A stretch of 64,000 nucleotides of DNA from Macrostomum hystrix (Eukaryota > Animalia > Platyhelminthes). The stretch is taken from assembly GCA_950097015.1 (NCBI GenBank), contig CATNEN010000038.1, forward strand, positions 12,834,001-12,898,000. The letters are read 5' to 3'. Positions 53,349-64,000 of the stretch are shown here, in pieces; positions within the stretch are counted from its first letter, which is position 1; every line of letters begins with the position of its first letter. The translations under genes and the position numbers were made by a program. The notes beneath the pieces are model-generated. The model worked only from the letters and a program-made list of their open reading frames with translations. It searched no databases and was not told the DNA's origin.

Positions 53349-55215
53349 CGCAGCATCTAGTGCTCAAGGCAAACTGCCATTTTATAAGGAGGGTCGGCAG
53401 CGGAACCGTGGCAGACCGACTCTTTTAGTCTACATCGTCGGAACGTGCCGTTGCTGATGGTCTATGCCTCAAGGACATGGTGTTAAATTTTCTGCTTGTA
53501 GTTTGCAGTAGTTTAGGGCAACAGAATATTTCATGTTACGAGTATATAGTACCAACCATTTTTGTGTGGGGTGATGTGTAGAGCGACAGAGCGCACAAAT
53601 GCACGACGAGAAGAGTTGGCAAATGATTGCAGATATTATTTTGTTTGTCGCCAATTTTCAGATCTCGACGATCTGCAGATTTTTAGGTCTCTTTCAAATT
53701 TTTGCCAATTGTAGTCAGTTGCCAATAGCAATAATAATACTATGGGCTTGTTCTTGACCTTGCACTCGAGTATTTGGGCATTTTAAAGTCATTGTTTTTA
53801 TGTTTGATTCATGCATCAGGATATATACTGCTGATAGTGTTTTTTCCGCATGGGTGTCACATGGCAAAAACGCACTGAGGAAGTGTTGCCCGCTTTTTGA
53901 ACATGATAATGAGAATATTTTGTCCATGTTGTTTTTCGTCACAGAGCCAATTGATGATGGATGATATGGATGATAAAGAAATTTGTTGTAAATATCCAAT
54001 CCCTCTCAAATAGTGTAGAAATTAACAATGGAGAAATTACGGATCACCTCTTCTTCCCTACCCTGCATCTACTCCCTTCTTGCAGATGCGACGCTTTTAA
54101 GATCTTAGTGTACTCGTTTCTAACCTAGCCGGCGTTCTCCAATTCCTAATATAGTACCGTCCTATACCGTAAAAACACCGTAAATAGTCCTTCAACTTGT
54201 TCTCTTTTGATGTGGTCTGCTTATGTTAACCCAGCTATCCAATTCTTATGACTCTAGCTAACGTTGCATTTCTACATTTGTAGCACATTCGCACCCTGAT
54301 ATGCTCATTTGTGCTGCTCCTCATACTAACGCATTTGCAGTGTTTATGTCGTTGTCGAAATGGCAATGTATGTCTTCTACGCTTCTATACTTTTATGTGG
54401 GCAATGGCGCCCAGCCCAGCAGACAGCAGAATTGAGCGTTTATGTACTTTTTGGTCGCGCAATTCGTTGTTTTCATTTTGCCCTTTTAGTATACTCAAAA
54501 TAATATACTTCTTATTCTCGCTTTCAGTTTACTCATGAACGAGTTTCGTTTTAATTTTTGTGTGCTACATGTACAGTTTCGGAGGGTTAAAGTTTTCTAT
54601 TTTGTGCGACGAGCTGCATTTTGTCCAGTTAAAGCTGGTTCAAAATAAGAAAAAAATTAAAATTCATATTTCCCTTTAAAGGCTTTTGCCGAACTGAAAA
54701 GTTGCAAGACCAACTTGCAGAATACGCGTTATAACAGCAGACTTTTTATGCCATGCGATGAAAAAAGTTGTATTCTTCTTGCCATGCAGCATAAGTAACA
54801 GATTACGATAGAAAAAATTAAAATGCATTTCCATAGAAGACAGAATTGCAAGCGTACTAAGAGGTGACGTCAATTGCAGTTATAGATTCTCGTATTAGCT
54901 GTGGTCCTTCGACATTACTACAGACAGCAAACATCGTAACATTAGAAAACGACAATGTCAACCAGCAAATTTGTCGACAGCACACACAAAAAACATTCCA
55001 TTTACTCTCTCGGGCACCAGATGTAAAACTTACTCGCTCGCTTATTCGCCAATAAGGATGATTATTGCTTAGCAGTCTTGTCTGCAAAGCAATAATCATC
55101 CTTATTGGCGACGTGCTCAAGTAGTTCTGCGCATAGCGATTGCTGCTCAAAACTGTTCCGCCGAATACCAAAAAGCGGTAAAGGAGAAAATAATAGCACA
55201 CCCAAGAGCATTAAT

Positions 55216-56514
55216 TTACATCTGGACCATTCTTCTGGTAAAATAAGTCTTACGACCTGTCCCACCAGTAATATCACTCAGATCAGCCTTCCTCTTTCGT
55301 TGCTTCTTCTTTTCATCTCCATCTCTCTCCTTTGCCGCCGCCGCCTGCTCTCGCTCTTCCACCGCCTCTCGCTCCCTCGCCGCCGCCGCCTCTCGCCGCT
55401 CCCTCGTCGCCGCCGCCTGCTCTCGCTCTTCCACCGCCTCTCGCTCCCTCGCCGCCGCCGCCTCTCGCCGCTCCCTCGCCGCCGCCGCCTGCTCTCGCTC
55501 TTTCGCCGCCTCTCGCTCCCTCGCCGCCGCCGCCTGCTCTCGCTCTTTCGCCGCCTCTCGCTCCCTCGCCGCCACCTGCTCTCGCTCTTTCGCCGACTCT
55601 CGCTCTCTCGCCGCCGCCGCCTGCTCTCGCTCTTCCGCCGCCTCTTGCTCCCTAGCCGCCGCCGCCTGCTCTCGCTCTTTCGCCGCCTCTCGCTCCCTCG
55701 CCGCCACCTGCTCTCGCTCTTTCGCCGCCTCTCGCTCCCTCGCCGCCGCCGCCTGCTCTCGCTCTTTCGCCGCCTCTCGCTCCCTCGCCGCCACCTGCTC
55801 TCGCTCTTTCGCCGACTCTCGCTCTCTCGCCGCCGCCGCCTGCTCTCGCTCTTCCGCCGCCTCTCGCTCCCTAGCCGCCGCCGCCTGCTCTCGCTCTTTC
55901 GCCGCCTCTCGCTCCCTCGCCGCCACCTGCTCTCGCTCTTTCGCCGCCTCTCGCTCCCTCGCTGCCGCCGCCTTTCGTTCTCCCGCTGTCGCTGGCATGT
56001 CCACACTCCCAACTGCTGCAGCTACACGAACTTCGGCTTGCAACTGCCGAATGCAGGCGATAGAAATTTTCAATACAGAAATTAATTCCACTGGCGAAAA
56101 CGATGCGGCCAATTCGAGATGCCTCAACGCCTCTGATATGTGCTCCGCAACAGACGGGCGACACATTTCCTTGTCCACAACCTTCCATCCATTGCTTTCG
56201 AGCCACACCTTACCCGCTTCTGCAGCCTTGCACCGCTTTGAAAAATCCTGACGGCAATCAGCTTCCATACTTCGAGTGCGAAAGATAGCTATACCATTAC
56301 TGTATGCAAGTGCATTACCATCTTCAGTCAGGTATTGAAATGAAGTACCTTTCACAGTTCGAATTTTGCTATTAGCAAATTTTATGCCAAGGATACTAGC
56401 AGCACCACGGACACAGGCAGCAGACAGTTCAATGCCGACAACAATATCTTTCGGAATGAAATCCGGCAATGGCCCGTTGGGCTCAAATTTGTAATATGGG
56501 TCCTTGATGAAGGC
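55216..56514 (-). CDS. Orphan transposon-borne protein: ~165-aa globular-looking N-domain, E/R/A/K charged helical repeat, basic NLS-like tail
   Basis: Long open frame (ORF 55216..56556) with non-repetitive, protein-like sequence before the repeat. Acceptor TTTTCCAG| at 56515. KKKQRKRK follows the repeat. Confidence 0.6.
   Translation of the reverse strand, partial: AFIKDPYYKFEPNGPLPDFIPKDIVVGIELSAACVRGAASILGIKFANSKIRTVKGTSFQYLTEDGNALAYSNGIAIFRTRSMEADCRQDFSKRCKAAEAGKVWLESNGWKVVDKEMCRPSVAEHISEALRHLELAASFSPVELISVLKISIACIRQLQAEVRVAAAVGSVDMPATAGERKAAAAREREAAKEREQVAAREREAAKEREQAAAAREREAAEEREQAAAARERESAKEREQVAAREREAAKEREQAAAAREREAAKEREQVAAREREAAKEREQAAAAREQEAAEEREQAAAARERESAKEREQVAAREREAAKEREQAAAAREREAAKEREQAAAARERREAAAAREREAVEEREQAAATRERREAAAAREREAVEEREQAAAAKERDGDEKKKQRKRKADLSDITGGTGRKTYFTRRMVQM
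55332..55975 (-). repeat. Coding 42/45-bp tandem repeat (EREQAAAAREREAAK)n
   Basis: All unit-length variants are multiples of 3. Confidence 0.9.
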
Positions 56515-56565
56515 CTGGAAAAATTGAAAACTTAGCATATAGTTCATGTTCTTCATAGAAAATAT

Positions 56566-56967
56566 ATGTTTAGTCTAGACAGATAACAATTGGTGCTCTA
56601 CTTTCAACGCAAATATATAGACAAGAATAGACGGAACATGAAGGAACAAGAATTTCATGTTCTTTATGGACCATGGATGTTTAGTCTAGACAGATAACAA
56701 TTGGTGCTCTACTTTCAACACAAATATATAGACAAGAATAGGCGGAACATGAAGGAACAAGAATTTCATGTTCTTTATGGACCATGGATGTTTAGTCTAG
56801 ACAGATAACAATTGGTGCTCTACTTTCAACGCAAATATATAGACAAGAATAGACGGAACATGAAGGAACAAGAATTTCATGTTCTTTATGGACCATGGAT
56901 TTTTAGTCTAGACAGATAACAATTGGTGCTCTACTTTCAACACAAATATATAGACAAGAATATATAG
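56566..56967 (-). repeat. 111-bp tandem array inside the right TIR (~3.6 copies)
   Basis: Reverse complement of the left array. Confidence 0.95.
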
Positions 56968-59117
56968 AACACAAAAGAACAAGAACTTCATGTTGTTAAT
57001 GCAAAATAAATGTTTAGTCTAGACAAAGACAAATAGTAACAACTGACCTATTTTCAGCACAAAAATAAAGATAAGAATGTATGGAACATGAAGGAACGAT
57101 GTCAAGAATTTCATATTAAGTAAGTTAGTTAGAGTTTAATGAGTTGATTAAAGACAAGATAGAAAATTAATATTATTAATATTAGTCTATATTATCTTAT
57201 CATCTATCTCATCTTATCAGCCTTATTTGATGTTCCAAGAAACGTAAAATACTTTTTTCTTCTTTATCTGCGACTGCATGGCATTATAAATTTCATGGGA
57301 CTTGTCAACCATTTGTTTGATTCCATGTATATAAATGTACAAAAATGAGGAACTCAATTATAATGTATAATAATGCCAATGGAAAGAACCAATTGAAATG
57401 AATGGCAAGTAGATGCTCAATATAATTAATTATGTAGGATTGTAATGTAGGTAAGCAATAAATGAGCTTGCACTGATACACACCAATAATTGACACTACT
57501 GCACTGAGAATGAGGTAAAAAATGCACAGTGTTGCCAACCAATGAGTCAATGACTTGTTTACATTGCTTGTATAGGCCTAATCTTTGTTCTTTATGAGTG
57601 TCCAAGTACACTATTCAGTACACTAGGTCATAAGTACAAGGACCACTAGAAGAAGAGTGGTCCTTGCACAAGTCTTGCTTACATTCAAAGTGGGAGAAGT
57701 AACTGATGCAATAACTAACAACAGACTGAGTGCAGTCTTCTCGGATATAATCGAATATCTTTAATGTTAATTTTGGTTTTAACTCTAAGTTAGACTTTAG
57801 TTTTTGTCGACATTGTTGTCTCCAGCGGCAAATGTTTTGTTAGTTTGCTTGGAATAATTTTGATAACGCCGGGGAGAAATTTGTGACATTTTATGTTCAT
57901 GTATAATGACGTCGATCTCAGCAACTAGGGCCATCGCAAAGTTGCGGTTTTCGAATTTTTGTAGTTTAGGAGAGTAGCTATGCGATATGTGTGCTTTCGC
58001 AATGTACCCTATAATACGTTCTTTTATCGCAGCAAGACACCACATACTTCAGCCGATTTAGTTTCTCCGACGTGCCTAAAAGGCAAAGAATTTGATGCCT
58101 TGATTTGAAATTTCACACAGTTATTACTGGCACGTGCCTATGTAGGATTTAGAAATCATCGCACGAATTAGTTGATATGTGCATCTTTGGGAAGCCATCC
58201 TCACGCCATCCTCACGCCATCCTCATGCTTTCATATTTTAGAGCCATTCACACGCACGACCATGGCATATATCGATGCAAAAACAGGCATTGCATATCTG
58301 TCTTCATCGTATCTGCTAATTTTAGGCAGTATCGCAGCCATCGCACGTTGTTTTCAAATATCGTGAGGATGGCATGAGGCTAGGTTTACGTCAGTATTGA
58401 ATTCCTGTGCTTGCACCTGAATATTTATCTAAAATGATTAATTGCGTGTCTTTGTTTGTATACCATACCATCCCATATAATGGAAAATAATATCGATGTA
58501 CTTTTGACATTTTTTGCCGCCAGATTTCGACGTAAGAGGTTTCACAAGTCTTATGCGAAATATGGACGTAAAAGTGCCAGCTGCCATAGAAAAGTGCGCT
58601 TTGTGAAAAGACTTCTTTGGGTGCAATGAAACAGACAACTGGCTTAATCTAGCTGGCTCTCGAAAGTCTCAATTATGGAACTCTAGGTGCAAAGGAAGAA
58701 AATAACCTTAATTCTTTTTTTGCTCAGCTATAGAGGTAAGAAAAAGCTGGCGCGAAGCCAGTGCTGTAACTATAGTTTTCCGACCGTGGAGGTGGACAGG
58801 GGCCGGCTCGGCGAGACTGGGGGAGGGGGAGCTGACACTCTCAATTGTTATACTTGCGCAAAGCCACATCGGTTGGATTGTCAAGCTCCACTGAAAGTTA
58901 ACATTGAATGTCTTTGCCTGACAGCAGCCAGTTTATCTCGCGCGAAAGAACCCCTAAAAGCCCTAACCCCAGAACCCCAAAACATGGTCAAAGCGTCAAT
59001 TGACGCAAACTGAAGATTATAAATAGAACACAGCAACTCCCGCTTAAAAATGAATAATAAAAACTTGTGAATTTTATTCTCAAGTTATCTTGAGAATTTT
59101 GAGAAAATTCGGTCAGC

Positions 59118-60638
59118 ATGGCGGCGGCAAGCATCATTCTGGCGGCTGGTGGAGCCGCAGCTGTCAGCGGGGTGCTGTGGCTCGGCCACAAACTGCTGGA
59201 GGATAGCCGGGAGCCGCCAAGTGTGGGCCGCTACCCCATCATTGGCAGCCTGCTGCACCTTGAGGAGCCGTTGCACCTGACCCTGGCTGAGAAGTACGGC
59301 AGTCACCCGATAGTGCGCGTACACTTCGGCATCCAGCCGGTGTACGTATTGAACCGCTGGCCGGCCTTCAGGGCTGCCATGCTGGACAACGCCGAGCAGA
59401 TGGCCGGCCGCATGAGTCAGCTCATCGCCACGAGCCTGTTCGGTGACGTTGGCGGCATAGTCCACAGCGACGGAGACATCTGGCGCGAGTACCGGCGCTT
59501 CACGCTCAAGACTTTGCGCGACTTCGGCTTCGGCCGGCGAGGCGTCGAGGAGATCATCCGCGTCGAAGCTGAGCACCTCCGGCGGACGCTGGACGCGGCC
59601 AACGGAGCCCCGGTGGAGACATCGGCGCTGATGAGCACGGCAACAAGCAACGTCATCTGTCAGCTGGTGTTCGGCACACGGCTGGCCTCGGAGGACGCCA
59701 AATTCGCTGAGATCCTCCAGCTGTTCAGCAACATCACCCAGAAATCGGACTTCAACAGGAACAGCTTCGTGTTTCTCTCCACCGGTCCGTTGCTGGAGCG
59801 CTTTCCTGTGCTGCTGCCGCTCGTCAGCAAGCTGCCAGGCTCCCGGGACGTCATTAACAACTTCAAGCGACTGCAGGCTTACTGCAACCAGCAGCGGGAG
59901 AAGCACGCGGCGGAGATGGAGGGCGTGGACCACGCCAGGGACTATATCGAGGCGCATCTCCTGCACCAGCGCAGCAGGCCGGACATGTTTACGGATGTGC
60001 GCTTGACGCTGGCTGTCAGCGACCTGTTCATCGCCGGCACCGAAACCACGTCGAACACGTTGCGCTGGGCGGTGCTGTTCATGATCGCTAACCCGGAGGT
60101 AGCCGAGAAGGCGCACAAGGAGATCGTTGATAAGATTGGCAGAGATCGACTACCCACAATGCAGGACAAGGCGGCGCTGCACTACACCCAGGCCGTTATC
60201 GAGGAGGTCCACCGCAAGGCCTGCCTAGTATCGATGGGCGTGTTCCACCGCGTCCTGGAGGACATCAGCATTGACGGCGTGCATCTGAAGGCCAACAGCA
60301 TCTGCGCCTTCAACGTGTACTCCATCCACCACGACCCGGAGCTGTTCCCAGAGCCGCAGTGTTTCCTGCCAGAGCGGTATCTCGGCCCTGACGGCCAGTT
60401 TGTGTCCTGCCCGCACCTGGCCACCTTCGGCTTGGGCAAGCGCGCCTGCCTGGGCGAGAGTCTGGCCCGCATGGAGCTCTTCATCTTCTTCGCTACCCTG
60501 CTGCAGCGCTACACATTCAGCCGGGACCTGCTGGACCCCAGGAGCCTCTGGGAGCTCACCGAGGATCCGGAGTTCACAAAGGGCGCCCTGATCAGAAGCC
60601 CGCCGAAACACGACATTATCTTCACACCCCGTAGCTGA
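59118..60638 (+). CDS. Cytochrome P450, clan 2 (CYP2-like), single coding exon, 506 aa
   Basis: N-terminal anchor and PP..YPIIG hinge, WREYRRF (C-helix), DLFIAGTETT (I-helix), EVHR (ExxR), FLPERY, FGLGKRACLGE (heme Cys). Confidence 0.96.
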   Translation: MAAASIILAAGGAAAVSGVLWLGHKLLEDSREPPSVGRYPIIGSLLHLEEPLHLTLAEKYGSHPIVRVHFGIQPVYVLNRWPAFRAAMLDNAEQMAGRMSQLIATSLFGDVGGIVHSDGDIWREYRRFTLKTLRDFGFGRRGVEEIIRVEAEHLRRTLDAANGAPVETSALMSTATSNVICQLVFGTRLASEDAKFAEILQLFSNITQKSDFNRNSFVFLSTGPLLERFPVLLPLVSKLPGSRDVINNFKRLQAYCNQQREKHAAEMEGVDHARDYIEAHLLHQRSRPDMFTDVRLTLAVSDLFIAGTETTSNTLRWAVLFMIANPEVAEKAHKEIVDKIGRDRLPTMQDKAALHYTQAVIEEVHRKACLVSMGVFHRVLEDISIDGVHLKANSICAFNVYSIHHDPELFPEPQCFLPERYLGPDGQFVSCPHLATFGLGKRACLGESLARMELFIFFATLLQRYTFSRDLLDPRSLWELTEDPEFTKGALIRSPPKHDIIFTPRS

Positions 60639-61109
60639 CAGAGATAAAGCCTGAAGCGAGTTTCTAAATTGACTGACCACAGCTTAAGACTAAGACTTCC
60701 TTTGATTAACTAGTTTATTTTAAAGCTTGACGGGCCTAGCAAATACAATTTTATATTTAATTGTTGCTAACCGATATTTCTTGCGTCTAAGAAATATTTC
60801 TAACTAAAAAGGTTCACGTACTACAACAGTACTCCGCATCTTAAAACAAACTGGTCTTCACGACCATTATTCTAGCAAATCGAATAAAATAATCTAACTG
60901 GAAATCTATATGACATTAGAACATAGCTATGCATTGCACCGTGGTCAGGTAGTATTAGGTGATCAAAATTATGTCTAATAAATACGGTACGTATTGCGCA
61001 ATGGAGCAATTGTGACAATTTTTTGAGTTCTAATTCTACGAATCTACAGATAGCTGACTCTAGATGTAGTGATAGATGTAGCAGGTAGCTGTAAATCCTG
61101 CCCCGGTTT

Positions 61110-61813
61110 TCGCTATGACCCGTGCTGCGATTCTAGCTATGACCCGTGCTGCGATTCTAGCTATGACCCGTGCTGCGATTCTAGCTATGAACTCTGCTGC
61201 GATTCTAGCTATGAAATCTGCTGCGATTCTAGCTATGAAATCTGCTGCGATTCTAGCTACCGAGTGCGTGCTGCGATTCTAGCTATGACCCGTGCTGCGA
61301 TTCTAGCTATGACCCGTGCTGCGATTCTAGCTATGAACTCTGCTGCGATTCTAGCTATGAAATCTGCTGCGATTCTAGCTATGAAATCTGCTGCGATTCT
61401 AGCTATGAAATCTGCTGCGATTCTAGCTATGAAATCTGCTGCGATTCTAGCTATGAAATCTGCTGCGATTCTAGCTATGAAATCTGCTGCGATTCTAGCT
61501 ATGAAATCTGCTGCGATTCTAGCTATGAAATCTGCTGCGATTCTAGCTATGAAATTTGCTGCGATTCTAGCTATGAAATCTGCTGCGATTCTAGCTATGA
61601 AATCTGCTGCGATTCTAGCTATGAAATTTGCTGCGATTCTAGCTATGACCCGTGCTGCGATTCTAGCTATGACCCGTGCTGCGATTCTAGCTATGACCCG
61701 TGCTGCGATTCTAGCTATGACCCGTGCTGCGATTCTAGCTATGAACTCTGCTGCGATTCTAGCTATGAACTCTGCTGCGATTCTAGCTATGAAATTTGCT
61801 GCGATTCTAGCTA
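61110..61813. repeat. 24-bp minisatellite (GCTGCGATTCTAGCTATGAAATCT)n between the convergent CYP and GFM2 3' ends
   Basis: About 29 copies. Confidence 0.96.
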
Positions 61814-62220
61814 ACTTTAACTCTCAAGCTAGCTATTGTTATATCAGTCTGATTGTTACTATGGCCCCATGCTGCTTTTTGTAAGTTTCTACAACAAGCA
61901 AGTTTTTTAGGCAAAAACATGTTTACAATAAGAACCGCTAGCCATTAGTAATGGTCTAAAAATAGAGAAGGGGAAACACAATGCATCAACCGACAACAAA
62001 ACTTAATTTCCAAACGACTTGATAAAACAAAAACAACAAAATTCTAGTTTTTAAAAACAAAACAACAAAAGCAAGGCATCAATAACTGCACAATGTATTC
62101 GACATTGACACTCAAGAAATGCGGCACAAAAAATTAGCAGTCAGGCATCCGCTCGGATTTTAGGCAGCCTGGTCTATCAGCAAACTAAATCAGGGGGGTC
62201 AGTTGACCTCCACTGTAATG

Positions 62221-63880
62221 TCAGCTGAACCCGAATCGAATTCGCTTGACCGCCTGAGCCTGATCGGGAACAGCACGGTAGCCTCGAAGCTGCAGGTGCA
62301 AATCTGCGTGGCCGGATGTTGCCGACCGAACAGCTGATGGCAGGCCGGCCAGCTGCGCCACAGAGCCGCTGGCCTCCAGCACGGTGACGTCACCGAGTGC
62401 GCTGCCGCCGCAGCTGCGATCAACGCGTTCAACGCTGCAGTGTCGGCGCGCCAGCTCTGCCAGAAGGGCGTCAAAGGCGGCTGACGGCGCCGAAGCTTCG
62501 GCCAAGTCGACGCGGAGTCGCATCAGCGGCTCGGTCAGCTGGACGCAGTCGGAGGACGCCAGGCGTTGTCGAACAGCGGAGTAGACCGCCGAGGTCACCT
62601 GCGGGCAGGTGTGAGTTTGGCTAGATTGGGGTCAGCTGACCTCCAATCTTACTCGACTAGGAAAGTAAATGATTGGGTCAGCTGACCTCCAATCTTACTC
62701 GACTAGGAAAGTAAATGATTGGGTCAGCTGACCTCCAATCTTACTCGACTAGGAAAGTAAATGATTGGGTCAGCTGACCTCCAATCTTACTCGACTAGGA
62801 AAGTAAATGAGGGGGACAGATGACTAGTATTGATCGATTGCAAAGTAAACGACAGGTGTCAGCTGTCATCAATACCAGTAAGTAAATACGGGAGTATCGA
62901 ACAAGACATTCAATCCCCTAACAGTTACCGCAATCCCACCTGTTGCAGGTATTTCCCTGGTGGAGCACCAGCGTGACCGGCTCGAGCCACGCCGAGCTGC
63001 AGCAGTCGGGCCCTGCAATTCGTCACCTGGCCGCGCACCAGCGGCCCAGCTCGCAGCGCTTTGGCCAGGCCGTCGCGCACCGCACGCAGAACCTGAGGCG
63101 GCAGCAAGCCCCAGTTCTGAGCTTCGGTGTTAACGAAAGTCGTTTCCGGCTCGGCGTTGGCCTCGGCAGCGGCGTCGGCTTCGTCTGCTGGCAGTCGAGG
63201 CAGAAGCTCCAGCGAGAGGCTCACCTCTATGGGGGCACCGTGCGCTTCCGCTCGCTGACTGAAATTCTCTATGGTTGCCATGGCAACTAGACGCTCGCGA
63301 TAGGAGACGGTCACGGGACCAAGGCGGAAGGCGTGCGGACCGAGCTGCTCACGGAGACGTTGGCCCGCCACCTGAGGAATAATGAATGAGCGAGAATACT
63401 CAGGATGAGGATCTGGAAGGAAAGATGCTGGGGAACTCAAACTGGGGATCTGGGAGAGGATGCCTACTCAAACTGGGGATCTGGGAGAGGATGCCTACTC
63501 AAACTGGGGATCTGGGAGAGGATGCCTACTCAAACTGGGGATCTGGGAGAGGATGCCTACTCAAACTGGGGATCTGGGAGAGGATGCTTACTCAAACTGG
63601 GGATATGGGAGTGGATGCCTGCTACTGGGGATCTAGAATATTTGCTGTGGAAATAGGCGAACCCCCCTGACCTGCAGGTGCAGTTCACCAAGGCCGCAGA
63701 GCACAGTCTCGCCAGTCTCTTCATCAGTACGCAGCCGCAGGCCCGGGTCCTCCAGCACGAGGCCGGCGAGAGCTTCGTCCAAAGGCTTGGCCCATGCCGG
63801 CGATTCGGCTTCAACTGAGGCAAAAACCACCGGATCCGGTGGGCGCAGCAGCGGCAGGCGGCGACGACGGGGTCGGGTAT
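62221..63880 (-). CDS. GFM2: Mitochondrial ribosome-releasing factor 2 (EF-G2mt), last three exons 63880-63672, 63371-62940, 62598-62221; 5' part beyond the window
   Basis: PDPVVFASVE..LEDPGL..ETGETVLCGLGELHL (EF-G domain III), GPVTVSYRE (IV), EPLMRL..LAELARR..VRSATSGHA (V) and a C-terminal R.GF typical of GFM2. The two complete introns are GT-AG, phase 0. Confidence 0.85.
62624..62810. repeat. 46-bp minisatellite with palindromic core (GATTGGGTCAGCTGACCTCCAATC...) in the last GFM2 intron
   Basis: 4 copies. Confidence 0.93.
63430..63635. repeat. 31-bp minisatellite (CTCAAACTGGGGATCTGGGAGAGGATGCCTA)n in a GFM2 intron
   Basis: About 6 copies. Confidence 0.93.
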
Positions 63881-64000
63881 CTGTCGGAGTTTCATAACTC
63901 ATTTCATTCGGAGTTATGAAGTTTCATAACGCGCAAAAGTCGATAACATGACAATTTCAATGCAGACTACTGCCAGTAGAGGATTATGGCAATCGTTTTT

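Larger units (their letters stand above)
49521..58396. mobile_element. Foldback-like DNA transposon (8.9 kb) with very long near-identical TIRs
   Basis: TACTGACGTAAACCTAGCC...GGCTAGGTTTACGTCAGTA. Mirror ORFs sum to coordinate 107917. Left arm 49521-52392, right arm 56566-58396. The direct repeat (T)ATTGAATT is at 49513-49521 and 58395-58403. Confidence 0.93.

Noticed and set aside
55105-56085. Arg/Leu-rich plus-strand ORF and alternative frames over the coding repeat
   Set aside because: Shadow frames. Only the minus frame 55216..56556 extends into complex protein-like sequence.
49521-58396. Polinton/Maverick or LTR identity for the large element
   Set aside because: The repeats are inverted, not direct. 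There are no AG-type termini and no polB, integrase or capsid motifs.
59085-60680. Long antisense ORFs over the P450 (similar ones over the LINE and NOV-like exons)
   Set aside because: Expected shadows of GC-rich codon usage.

Overview
Eukaryotic (animal) genomic DNA with GT-AG spliced genes, GC-rich exons, AT-rich intergenic DNA and about 20 different minisatellite arrays. The composition and a Rap2 gene with no genomic ATG would fit a free-living flatworm such as Macrostomum, but this is inference only. Genes: a universal stress protein (partial, -), a NO VEIN/sacsin-like GHKL-domain protein (5 exons, one GC-AG intron, -), IAH1 (4 exons, +), a gamma-butyrobetaine dioxygenase BBOX1-like gene (4 exons, +) followed by an internally deleted copy, Rap2 (2 coding exons, -), an intronless clan-2 cytochrome P450 (+) and the last three exons of mitochondrial EF-G2/GFM2 (-). 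Mobile DNA clusters at 44-58 kb: two MITEs with TSDs, a 5'-truncated RT+RNase H LINE with a 13-bp TSD, and a young 8.9-kb Foldback-like element. That element has TIRs of about 1.8 and 2.9 kb containing 111-bp tandem repeats, a decayed NOF-like gene and a convergent orphan charged-repeat ORF. Most notable: (i) the foldback element and its cargo; (ii) minisatellites that appear seeded from exon ends or splice sites, clearest where the IAH1 exon-2 donor is amplified 17-fold; (iii) coding exons starting at a bare acceptor in frame with where a flatworm spliced-leader AUG would land. All family assignments come from motif recognition, not database searches.
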